NCBI GenBank assembly: GCA_965246715.1
Contig: CBDFFH010000009.1
Coordinates: forward strand, 32,001-96,000
From: Chamaesiphon sp.
GTDB taxonomy: Bacteria > Cyanobacteriota > Cyanobacteriia > Cyanobacteriales > Chamaesiphonaceae
Direction of reading: 5' to 3'
DNA: 64,000 nucleotides
The notes beneath the pieces are model-generated. The model ran no database searches and was not told where the DNA came from. It saw only the letters and a list, made by a program, of their open reading frames with translations. Shown piece by piece: positions 1 to 9,891 of the stretch (positions within the stretch are counted from its first letter, which is position 1; each line of letters begins with the position of its first letter). Made by a program: the position numbers and the translations under genes.

Positions 1-756
1 AGGCAATGGTTTCAGACTCGATCCCACCAGCGGACAATGGGAACCGCCAGCCAATAAAACCGACCCACAAACGAATATTCAAGCTGATATTCATCTCACA
101 GTCAAAGCGACTACTAATCTACTCTCGATCGAACCATTAGATCTACCAGAACACGAGCGAGAGTCATTCATCACAACCTTCCAATACGCCTTAGAGCGAT
201 CGATTCAAACAGTATACAAGCTCGAACAATCCGAACTAGATTCCGAACGGCTGGGGCAAAATAGCGACCGCTTACTATTCTGGGAAGCGGCGGAAGGTGG
301 CGCGGGAGTTCTCTCCCAAATCGCCATACAATTGGAGATTTCTTGAATCGATTACGGGGGAGTAAATTAGAGCGGCACTCGATTGGGTTATCTCGCGAAC
401 AGCAATATCAAAAACTACTAGCCAAAACCGATCCCAATTCTGAGTTTGAACGGGTGGTATTAACAGCGATGTTCGATCGAGGGTTGAAATTACCCGATAC
501 TGCTCAAATGTATATTCCTGAAGCCAACTGCAAACCAGATTTTGTCTATAACAATGGTGTCAAAATTGCGATTTTCTGCGACGGTTCGGTTCATGATTCA
601 CCAGAACGAAAACGACAAGATAAGATCGATCGGGATAATTTGCAGTATGTAGTCGGTTACTCGGTGTTATCGATTCGGCAAAGCCGACGCGATGCGATCG
701 GTTATGAAGAGGAGTTAGAGTTGGGATTGCAACATTTGGCAGCTCTATTGGCGTAA
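1..756 (+). pseudogene. 3' end of DEAD/DEAH helicase with DUF1998 (MZB) region and C-terminal DUF559/Vsr-like nuclease domain; internal deletion and frameshift near 320
   Basis: Frame +2 (2-346) reads ...YALERSIQTVYKLEQSEL..LLFWEAAEGGAGVLSQI then stops. ORF 343-756 has KPDFVY..IAIFCDGSVHD (PD-(D/E)xK/Vsr-like). The Cys-rich segment expected between them is absent. Confidence 0.7.
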
Positions 757-839
757 TTCATAGCTGATAAAATATGCTTATAGCCAAGTAATAATTACTT
801 GGGCATACTTTTGTCCGAGTTAATACAGTTTTCGCTCGA

Positions 840-877
840 TTAATGCAGTGCCCAGTAATTATTGGGCACTGCATTAA
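840..877. terminator. bidirectional hairpin between convergent genes
   Basis: ttaatgcagtgcccagtaa / ttattgggcactgcattaa near-perfect inverted repeat. Confidence 0.65.
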
Positions 878-880
878 TAA

Positions 881-1435
881 CTATGAATAATTCGGCATCT
901 TCGCACGATCCGTAGTAATCTCATCCACAATCGGATAGAGATAATCGGGATGAACCAGGTGCAGTGCCAACCAATAAGGATCGGGCGATCGCATACCCAC
1001 TAGCCGATCGCAATAATAGAGATCGGCAGAGCGGCGCAGATAACCGATGCGTAGATCGAGATGGCAGACTTCAACGGCAATTTCACCGTCTTTTGCTCCT
1101 GGCGCGTCGTCATAAACATCGAGCCAGTTCAAAGATAAGTTGATGCGATCGCAAACCCACTCTGGTTCTAGTCCTTGGAGATCGGGCAGCGGTAACGGTT
1201 GGAAATAGCGGCGCATCGAAGTCGAGGTTTCCTCGACTTTGTGTGCGACAAGACAGCGGTGGGAAAGATTGCGAACGGCATCGTGGCACTCGGCGGTACT
1301 AGGATGATGACCGCGTACCACTTTAGTCAAGCTGTTACCACAAAAGAAGCGATTCTCCAGGGGAGAGGCTACGCCAACGCGATCTAAATGACGTGCCATC
1401 GGACAATCTAAGCAATTTGAGGGTAGTGCTGTCAT
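881..1435 (-). CDS. hypothetical protein with CxxC...C...H..C metal-binding-like N-terminus; contains in-frame 24-nt insertion
   Basis: ORF 184 aa with CLDCP..FFC..HH...CH; VGVASPLEN comes from the insertion at 1354-1377. Confidence 0.55.
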   Translation of the reverse strand: MTALPSNCLDCPMARHLDRVGVASPLENRFFCGNSLTKVVRGHHPSTAECHDAVRNLSHRCLVAHKVEETSTSMRRYFQPLPLPDLQGLEPEWVCDRINLSLNWLDVYDDAPGAKDGEIAVEVCHLDLRIGYLRRSADLYYCDRLVGMRSPDPYWLALHLVHPDYLYPIVDEITTDRAKMPNYS

Positions 1436-1539
1436 GTTTTAATAGTTACGATCGATTAATTGAAAGTATTTTGAGAAACAACTGAGGGTAAGGTGCAAAC
1501 TCTCAGTTGTTTTTGTGATGGGAAATAGATAACTAGCGA

Positions 1540-1683
1540 TTAATATTGGGGATCGGAGTGATAATAATCTTGGCGATCGTTATGAGATGACTCGCAAATT
1601 TCGAGTATTAATTCTTCCAAGAATTGCAAGTATTCTGTGGATTCGAGCGGCTGGTCGGTGGTTAAATCGGCTTCGATGTACAT
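1540..1683 (-). CDS. small acidic hypothetical protein
   Basis: ATG at 1683 (MYIEADL...), flanked by hairpins at ~1477-1513 and ~1702-1738. Confidence 0.35.
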   Translation of the reverse strand: MYIEADLTTDQPLESTEYLQFLEELILEICESSHNDRQDYYHSDPQY

Positions 1684-1837
1684 GATGGTTATAAATAAAT
1701 GAACGAGGTAGCACAATTTCACTTGTGCTACCTCGTTTAGATGCGGCTATGCCGCCCAATAAATTAGTTAACTCCTCGTCCGAGAAGCTCGAATTAACAA
1801 AATGGGAACTCGGAAGATCGCCTTAGAGTAAAGTGGT

Positions 1838-2068
1838 AATTTTATCGTCAGTATCGTCAGCCGAGCGTGATTCTCCACCAAAAACTAGTCAGGGCAACGC
1901 TCTTGGGGCTGACGATAATGCTGACGATATTTTAATGGCTGACGATATTGACGGTAAGGCTGACGATATTTTCAATGGCTGACGATCGGACTAAAGATAT
2001 CGTCAGCCATCGAACGACATAACAGCAGTGGGTTTCAAGGTTGGCTGACGATACTGACGATAAAAATT
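1838..2068. repeat. iteron-like array of CTGACGATA (about 10 copies, both orientations) bounded by a ~25 bp inverted repeat; putative origin remnant
   Basis: Copies at 1843(rc), 1852(rc), 1909, 1921, 1939, 1960, 1979 (1 mismatch), 1998(rc), 2045, 2054; aattttatcgtcagtatcgtcagcc vs ggctgacgatactgacgataaaaatt. Confidence 0.8.
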
Positions 2069-2252
2069 CCTGCTCGACCTGTTCTAATAATCGTCCGCGC
2101 TGATTTAAAATTGGGAATTTAGTCAGGTAAGCGACAAAAGTGCCAACCTCAAGCAGCAACACGCTGGAAACCTGACAAGCTGGATCGAGTTTGTGGCGGG
2201 TTGAGACTGGCGATCGAAGATCTATTTATTAGTAAAATGTCACATCGAACGA

Positions 2253-5200
2253 TTACCTCCGGTAGGCTTCGCCAACGATATTTTCAGTTGGCGATCGTTC
2301 TACTACGATAGAATTCTTCGCTCTATTAACGGGTACGATTACAGTAGGTTCTTGAGCTATAGATATAGAGGGAGTTTCAATTATTTCTTGTTCGGGCACA
2401 GGAATTTCTACAACCCAATGAGAAAAATCATCCGGTGCGCGATCGCCATCGGGGTAAACGTCATTGAGCAGTACTCCCAAGCTCTTTATCTCTGCCATCT
2501 TCGCAACATCTCCAGCCAGCTCCGAAGCTTGATAGAGCTGCGGCAGCTCTCCTGCTGTTGGCAAGTAGCGTCGCTGTGATGAAGGGGCTGGATCGACCCG
2601 CTCCAGTGGTGTAGATTGCTGCGGTAGTGGCATGAGTTCCCCGCGTTCGCGAAGCGCGCCGAGGCGGTCGATACTGGCGACAGGCTGATGGTCGATGAGG
2701 GATCGAACTTGAATCTCAAGAATTTTCTCGTTCGAGCCACGCGATAACGTTCCTTTGAGTAGATGAGTGCCACTGTTGAGCTTGGCTTTGGACTCTTTAT
2801 TGATTAACTCTCGACCTAGCAACCCGATCGGTATCCGTCGTCCCCCAGAACCAAGATAATCGGCTGAAATCTCCTTGCCCTGACGATTGAATGCAAACTT
2901 ACCTGTAAAGTCTTCGATCTGAATCTGGCTAATAGCGGGATTAGGATTGACAACAAATTCTCCTAGCTCGGTGCGGATGTGAATTTTCAGATCGAGGGGT
3001 CGAACGATTTTAGCAGCTACCACCGTGCCAGGAGCCAGCAGCGGTGAGTCGCCATAAGTACTCAGACCCAAGTCGATCGTGCGGCCATCTGGTTCGATCG
3101 CGCTCACACGTAAATCGCGCTCGAATCTAATTGCCAGTTCCGCTCCATCTCGTAACTCTAACGCTGCTGCCATAGGACGATTGAGCGCCATCGGCGGTAC
3201 GTTATCCAGGTGTTGGCTAATTTCGTTAGCAAAGATTTTGGTAGCCATGCCCATCCCCGCGCTGGAATGCCATGCGGCAGACACATACTGTATTCGCTTG
3301 TCATTGGCAATGTTTTCCAGTTTGCTCAGTACCTTATCTGCACTAGCAAATACCGCATCGACATCGTTTTCTAGAGTAAAGGGTGGATGAAATTCGAGCG
3401 TCGATCTGGTAATTCTCGATACAGTCGATCCTGAATTTGCCCGATCGCCCTAGTACAATTACGATATTGCCGAGCGAACTCGTCTACGACTGCTTTTTGA
3501 TCGTCATTATGAGTAATCGGTATCAGCGAGCGAAACCGTTTGTTTAAATCTTCTGATTCGATTTCTTGTAATTCATGCTGCTGCCCACCATTGTAAAATC
3601 GGTTGGCAGTCTCCACCGCCCAACCGATCGGCTCTTGAGTATTCGTGGGGAGGTCGCGGGTGAGGTAAATATCGGGCTTTTTGACATTCTGACGGAGTTG
3701 GTGAGACTTGTACTGAATGCGTTCGCCAAATTCGTGAATAGTTTCATCGATCCCAACGCTGCTTTTGGCTGTATCGACAGCAGTTTGCAGGTTTTTTGCC
3801 ACCGCACTGTCACAATAGCCTTTGAGAAGCCGATTGACACTACCTAAATTCTGCTCGGCAAATGCCAGTCGCTCTGCCGCTGGGAATTTATCGAGCTGTT
3901 TACTCGCCTGGACGATCTTCTCGATCTTCTCTGCTAGCTGCATTGGGGGCAACCCACGCTCGACTAGATACTCATCGCTGGGAATCTCTTCAATTGAAAT
4001 CTCACTATAAGCTGCGCCAACTTGCTTGAGCAAACCGATCTTCCGCTTCGGTTCGATGTAGACTGTTTCGGATGCGAGGGATTGTAAGATTATCGACTGG
4101 TTGGCAACTTTGCCCGTCGGGTTGTTAGCAGTAATATCCCAGGCTCGCCAAATAGCTTGAGTTAGTGACTCGCCTTCATGCCAAAGGTGGTCTGCTTTTT
4201 TGGCTTTGGCGATTCTCCAAGGGAGAGGCTTCGCCAACGGTAACGGCTTGCGATCGGGAGTATTAGCTTCGATAAATTCCTTAACTGACAGCGGAAATTT
4301 CCCGCGTTCTAAATCTGGCTGAAGGATTATTTGAGCGATAATATCTCTACCTGCTTCATACCGATTGCTACCTGTAAGGGGTAAATTGCCTAACTGCTCG
4401 CGGAGTTGGTGGGGGAGATTATCATTTGCTAGATAACCGACGAAGAAACCATTGCGATCGCCATCAAAATCGGTAATTGCAATGTGTTTTGCTGTCCAGG
4501 GATTCAGATAGACTACGCCGCGTTTATCGAAGGCTTCGGGGTCGCGATCGCGCAACACTTCTAAGTTATTAATCGCAATCGCCGCAGCACCGACATTGGG
4601 AAAGGGCGATCGATAGTAATCAATGATCGCGCCGTGGGGTAAGTCACGATTGCAGATCTCCCAAGGTTCCAGCTTGCTATGGTGCTGGGCGATCGCAGCG
4701 GGGACGACGATTCCACTAGTCGCTACATCCAACCTGTCGCGCCTGAGCGATTTGTTAAGCTGGCGGCTGATATTTGGCATGGTTGAGCTGTCCGTACTTG
4801 TCAGCTTTGAGCAGCGCGGCAAGTGTCGATCGATTGTTGCGCGGTTCGTCATCGTCTACACCATCGATTCCTTCCGGCGTGTCGATAACTAACTCGCGAT
4901 CGCGTCTTGCTTCTTCTTTTGCTACGAATTTAGCTGCCACCTGCCAATTGTCGATCGCAACATCGGCAAGTTCGGCGGCTTTGGCTGCCATTATCGGATT
5001 GAGTTCGTTAAGAGTTGCCTCTGGAATCGTACTCTTGACTTGGGCACCCACTGATTGATTGGAATACTCGGCTTTAATTTTCCGATTGATCCACCAAAAA
5101 CTCTCTAATTCTAAGATTCCTGGCTGCTTGAGTCTGCCGTCATCGCCCTTGATGTCGTTGGTTGAGACGATCGCATCCACACCCAATCGTTCGCACCAGG

Positions 5201-6107
5201 AGCTAGTAGCTACAGTCCCTTTAGCAATTCCAGGTAAATCTGGCGTGGCGGCACGAAATTGTAGTACGGCACTCCGAGCGATCCTGTCGATCTTTTTCTC
5301 GATTGTTTGGGCAGTTTGCAAATCTACAAAATAGTTGGCGATTCTGCCCGTATGCTTGAATTCTTCCAGCAACTTTCCGGCTAATTCTGGATCTAAACTA
5401 TCGCCGAATGCTACATCGTTGGCGAAGCCTCTCCTTTGGAGAATCCACTCGCCCAAGTCACCTAGCTCGTCATCATTAATATCTTCGGTCTGTTGCAATC
5501 CACGATCTATGGCAAGTAAAACCTCTTTATCCAACAACAGCCCGCGCAAGAGCTGAGTCGATGCCAACATCGTCCCGTCGCCCATTTTGTCGTAGAGAGC
5601 GTCTAGCTGTTTGGTAGAAATTTTGCGCCCATCGCGGTCTATGAGTGGAGCTGCACCACTCGCTCTTTGCTCGTCATCGATAATCAAGATTCGAGTATTG
5701 CCCGATTTTGTCTGAGCCGCAGCTTTCCCGTCGCTGACGATTAGCGAACCATAAGCAACTGCATTGTGGGCACTGCGCTTACCGTCTGCGTAAATTGGTC
5801 GAACACCACGGCTACTGTCGCCTTTGGCAATTAATTCGGCAGTAAGTCGATCTGTGAAATATCCAGACTTACCACTGGTACAGATCAAATATTTGCCTTT
5901 GGCTTCCAAGCGAAGGCGATCTGAGTCATTGACTCCGTTATAAAAGTTAGCTACATGTAAACTTCGTGGCCCGATCCGATGCGTCTGGAGCCACTTTTCT
6001 AAATAGCAGTTCTCGATCGATTTCAACTTTGGCGTTCGCTTGCCCTCTGGATTAAAGTCGGTGAGGTGTTTACCAGTCTTTAAGTCAAATTCTTGGAACT
6101 GAAGCAT
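2253..6107 (-). pseudogene. large single-subunit two-barrel RNA polymerase (RdRP/QDE-1/YonO-like), split by frameshifts at ~4780 and ~3400 into ORFs 4755-6107, 3371-4852 and 2253-~3400
   Basis: Ordered RdRP-like motifs: MGDGTM, VLQFR..PGIAKG, IVSTNDIKG, YYRSP, ITDFDGD (4457-4471), TGKVAN, TAVDTAKS. Confidence 0.75.
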
Positions 6108-6119
6108 GAAATTCGGTTC

Positions 6120-6452
6120 CTAAAAAGGAATTCTTTCTACATCGTTGTCGGATTCATTCTGTATAAAGATAGTAGGAGGTCTAGATACAGCTTTTTGCTT
6201 ATTCCCCTTCGTATAGTAAGACTCAGGAATATCGTCGATATCGATGCCGTTGGCAAGCATATCACCTAAATTGTCATAGTCTTCATGTCGATACGATCGC
6301 TCGTATGCCCATCCTTCCATGTCAACTTCAGCCATTAGTTTCTCATCCTCAATATTTTGAGCTTCTTCTTCCTCGGTGTAGGTGCGTGGTGGCGGTGGGA
6401 TGATATCGCCTTCTTTGTAGAAAATGTCTTCGATCGAATTTATTTTAACCAC
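6120..6452 (-). CDS. small acidic protein directly upstream of the polymerase-like gene; ends in DNDVERIPF
   Basis: ORF 110 aa, D/E-rich, 12 bp gap to the next gene. Confidence 0.6.
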   Translation of the reverse strand: MVKINSIEDIFYKEGDIIPPPPRTYTEEEEAQNIEDEKLMAEVDMEGWAYERSYRHEDYDNLGDMLANGIDIDDIPESYYTKGNKQKAVSRPPTIFIQNESDNDVERIPF

Positions 6453-6646
6453 AATTTTACTCTGAATATAAGATTGCTGCTTTTAGGGTAGCAAACTTCT
6501 TCATGGTTTCATTTGCAGCGGAGCTAGCTGGTGACATTTTATTCAACATTTTTTGTAGTTCGCGATTGACTGCAAATCTAAAATAGCTACGCCTTGGTTG
6601 TGGGTGTAGAGGTAGAAAGATTGAGAGAGACATTACCATCAGAGGG

Positions 6647-6835
6647 GATGGCGTGAAGTTGGAGCCGATTCGGTTGTGTGGGGATTGCTATGGGGATTGT
6701 TATGGGGAGTCGTCTTATCATCGGATTGAGTGGCAATTGAAAAGTGTCGATCGGTGTCAACGACATCAGTTGCGGTTATTGCCAAAATGTCGTAATTGTC
6801 AGGCTAAGTTTCCGATGCCAGCATGTCAATTTTAA
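6647..6835 (+). pseudogene. tniQ: TniQ fragment (Zn-binding C-terminal part), similar to type V-K CAST TniQ
   Basis: EPIRLCGDCY..HRIEWQLKSVDRCQRHQLRLLPKCRNCQAKFPMPA matches the cyanobacterial CAST TniQ pattern as recalled; has a 12-bp tandem duplication; N- and C-termini missing. Confidence 0.8.
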
Positions 6836-7567
6836 TACAGCATGTTTGAAACTAACCATCATGGCATTGAGGGAAAATAGCTAATGGAGGCTTTTGCTGG
6901 GCTGGGATTTTAAAGACAGCATCGATCTCTCTAACTTGGCAGAGATTAGGATTAGCTGAAGAGATCGCATGTCACAAGCAAGTCGCTGTATAGATCGCGT
7001 GGCGATAGGTGTTCACGATTGTGACACTCAAAGCATTGGAAGACACTTGTAGCCATATTTTATCTGGAATCTGACGAAGCTCAATAATCGAGAGTTTCTA
7101 ATGCAGCAACAAACCTCGCTCTGAATAAGTAGAACGAGGTGGATAAATTTGCTATTTGGGTCGATTACCTATGGCAAGCGAACAGACCAAACAGTCCCTA
7201 CTTATGTGAGTCGATCCGGTTAAAGTATCAATCTCTCAGTAGGAACCAAGTTCAAATTTATGCACTGATTTTACTAAAATAGTTTTATTTTAAAATATTT
7301 TTATTGGCAATAATGGTATTGCGATGACTGTCGTTACAAGACTTGTTTCATTTTGTCTTGTTGCAACATATTAATCGATCTTATGAGCAATAATTTACTA
7401 GCTATTAGTGGCTATTGTGATACAATATGGATGAAATTAAAATGCACCTTTGTCTCTAAACGCCAATTAAGAGATAAGGTGCAATCATTCATTAGTTTTA
7501 TTTTACTAGTAGTGCTTGGGATTCTAGCCCTTGCACTGCTCCATAGCAATTAGGAGAAGCTGTATCT

Positions 7568-8113
7568 ATGCCTATAGTACCAGATTCAAATCGATGTGAA
7601 GGGGTGCAACCTCTCCCATTTCATTCGTATTCTTACGACAGTATCATAAAGTTACAGAACCTCATCCTACCACAGGAACCGCTCCTATTGTGGTTTGCCA
7701 AGCGAGCTGCTGAGTACAAAGATGTGCAGGAGTTCTGGCAAGAGCATAAATATTTGTTGCCAGGGACAATCGAAAGCAATTGGCGAGGGTACGAATACGT
7801 TCGGATTTTTTGCCATGCAATCAATGTCGAAATCACCGCCTGCTTCTTTCCTTCTGGTTCTTACACAGATGTCCACGATCACGATGGTTGGAATTGGAAC
7901 TTCTCAATCGTTGGAGAACTACTGCTAGACATAAAATATAAGGTCAGCAACAACAAATTTAAAGAAGTTGAGTGCATAAAAATGACCGCATCGCAGCCGC
8001 AAGGCTGCATTCTCAAACCACACCAAAGTCATGAAATGTTTGTTCCGCACTGGGCACAACCCAGTATCTCCTTTAACTTCCATTACCCCGCCAGACCGCT
8101 AGATTTAAGTTAA
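7568..8113 (+). CDS. cupin protein, cysteine-dioxygenase-like
   Basis: FFPSGSYTDVHDHDG...ILKPHQSHEM..SISFNFH (HxH...H cupin metal motif); RBS aggag upstream. Confidence 0.65.
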   Translation: MPIVPDSNRCEGVQPLPFHSYSYDSIIKLQNLILPQEPLLLWFAKRAAEYKDVQEFWQEHKYLLPGTIESNWRGYEYVRIFCHAINVEITACFFPSGSYTDVHDHDGWNWNFSIVGELLLDIKYKVSNNKFKEVECIKMTASQPQGCILKPHQSHEMFVPHWAQPSISFNFHYPARPLDLS

Positions 8114-8300
8114 AGCGGTGGACTATTGCTTTACAACAAAAATTTTAGAAGCTTACGTAGTCCAACTAAGCTTTGTCTTTTAAAAGCTGGATGAAACCTG
8201 TCATTCAGCTTTTATTTTGGTGAGAGCATTGGGTTCGCCCTTGATTATATTTCCTGCTGAAATGCAGGGAACGCCGTAGGGCTAAATATTGTGATATTAG

Positions 8301-8615
8301 TTACGATCGAGCGGTAGTTGGCAAACTGATACGATCTATATTGTTGTGAAACTTCCACTTATTTGCCTTTTCCCAAGCTTCCTCAAACTCGTGGCGGTCG
8401 ATCTTATGCTCCTCTTTTATTTTGAGCCGAGACAGAGACTGATCGCACATCCGCAACTTGTCTTTCATGCTACTTTCGGCTCCACAAGAAAACCATTCTT
8501 GCTTATCTGGGTATTGTTCGACCTGTCGATTAGCCCAGTCATCAATGAACTCAATATACTGAACGATCCTTTTCCCTGGTTGCTCTACCGTGAATTTATA
8601 ATACTGAGTAGTCAT
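8301..8615 (-). CDS. small hypothetical protein, putative immunity/antitoxin of the upstream ART
   Basis: 104 aa, 33 bp downstream of the ART gene; C-terminal IDRHEFEEAW. Confidence 0.55.
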   Translation of the reverse strand: MTTQYYKFTVEQPGKRIVQYIEFIDDWANRQVEQYPDKQEWFSCGAESSMKDKLRMCDQSLSRLKIKEEHKIDRHEFEEAWEKANKWKFHNNIDRISLPTTARS

Positions 8616-8648
8616 AAAATTATTGTGTTTATATTTTTTATGTATAGA

Positions 8649-9056
8649 TCACAAAAGTGTATCTTCAGTTTTTCCATGTATTGAATCTCCAATTTTCAGA
8701 CCTACATTAGTCTTGAAAAGACTAATTCTCCTAATGTCTTCTGGATCTGGATCTTCTCCTATTATTTCTAAATATAGCTGTCTAAAATCGGAAACTTCAT
8801 TTTCTGGTAAAATCAACTGAAAATAATAATCGAGCGTATCTATGTCTACGGCTGTCCCAAACAATTCAATTGGGACATCCATGTTGCCTACTTGAATTGC
8901 TCTAGCAACTTCTATTGGTTCAATCGTTGTTAAGTAGACACCATCACCAAAGGTTGCATCCTTCCTTCCGCTGCTTTTGAGTGATGGCTTAATGATACCC
9001 GTTTCGAGAATACCTTCATATCCCTCTTTAGAGGTATAGTGACGATAGGAGCGCAA
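8649..9056 (-). CDS. HYD1-signature ADP-ribosyltransferase (Tox-ART-HYD1-like)
   Basis: YRHYTSKEGYEGILETGIIKPS....DATFGDGVYLT; TTG start. Confidence 0.75.
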   Translation of the reverse strand: MRSYRHYTSKEGYEGILETGIIKPSLKSSGRKDATFGDGVYLTTIEPIEVARAIQVGNMDVPIELFGTAVDIDTLDYYFQLILPENEVSDFRQLYLEIIGEDPDPEDIRRISLFKTNVGLKIGDSIHGKTEDTLL

Positions 9057-9221
9057 AATAAACTTAATTTACATCACATAATTTAGTTGCTCAAGTTTAA
9101 CACTCTATTTTTTATCTTAACGAATCATTATTTGATTTTCTATAAATTACTATTGAAATAATTTGTTTGATAAATTATCACAACCTAGCTAAAACAAATT
9201 ATTTTATCAAATGAAACGAAA

Positions 9222-9244
9222 ATATTTTTGCTTTAAAAGACATT
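9222..9244. promoter_or_regulatory. putative operator, copy 1 (ATATTTTWGCTTTAAAAGACATT)
   Basis: 22/23 identical to 9892-9914. Confidence 0.5.
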
Positions 9245-9517
9245 CAAGGCAAATTGTATGTGGTAAAAAGATTGTAATCTACAGTCAAGGTTCGATCTCG
9301 TAAGCGCGAACGGATGAGGATTGGTGCGCTGCTAGAAGAACGACAATACACCCTAACGCTTAGATCTCGTCAGGATCGATGTCTAGCGATCGAAACCTAG
9401 CGCGTAATCGCTCGTTTCTCAATTGGCAAAGCCAGTAATCTCGATATCTCGATCGACATTCCGATCGTGGTGCTGGCTTTGATCATAGCAAGATTTAGCT
9501 CGACCGAGGATTGATCG

Positions 9518-9754
9518 ATGGTATATCTAATTCCCGAAGTAGCCAAGCTAACCAACGATTTAATCGATCGAGGTGAAGACATCATCATGGAATCAGATCC
9601 CAGCACCAAAGATATTTCATACTGGCATTACGGCAACATCATTATGCCCTGCGGCGGTACTCATGTCCGCAGTGCCAAAGATATTGGCGTAGTAAACATT
9701 CGGCGGAAGAGTCATGGCAAGTCGCTCGATCGAATTTATCTCACCATTGAGTAA
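9518..9754 (+). pseudogene. C-terminal tRNA_SAD domain of an AlaX-type tRNA editing protein (N-terminus missing)
   Basis: IMPCGGTHVRSAKDIGVVNIRRKSHGKSLDRIYLTI; no upstream HxxxH found in frame. Confidence 0.7.
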
Positions 9755-9891
9755 ATGAACTAATTTCTTTGGTATGGCCGCTTGCGGTCGATCTCATGCC
9801 AGATCGCTGAGGGCGGAACTTGCTAGCCAATTTCACGTCAAATGCGAACATATGAGCTAATGACAGACTTTAACTTTACTTTGTGGTTAAT

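Noticed and set aside
1838..2068. CRISPR array
   Set aside because: Repeats are 9 bp, irregularly spaced and in both orientations; no repeat-spacer period. No CRISPR array was seen anywhere in the window.
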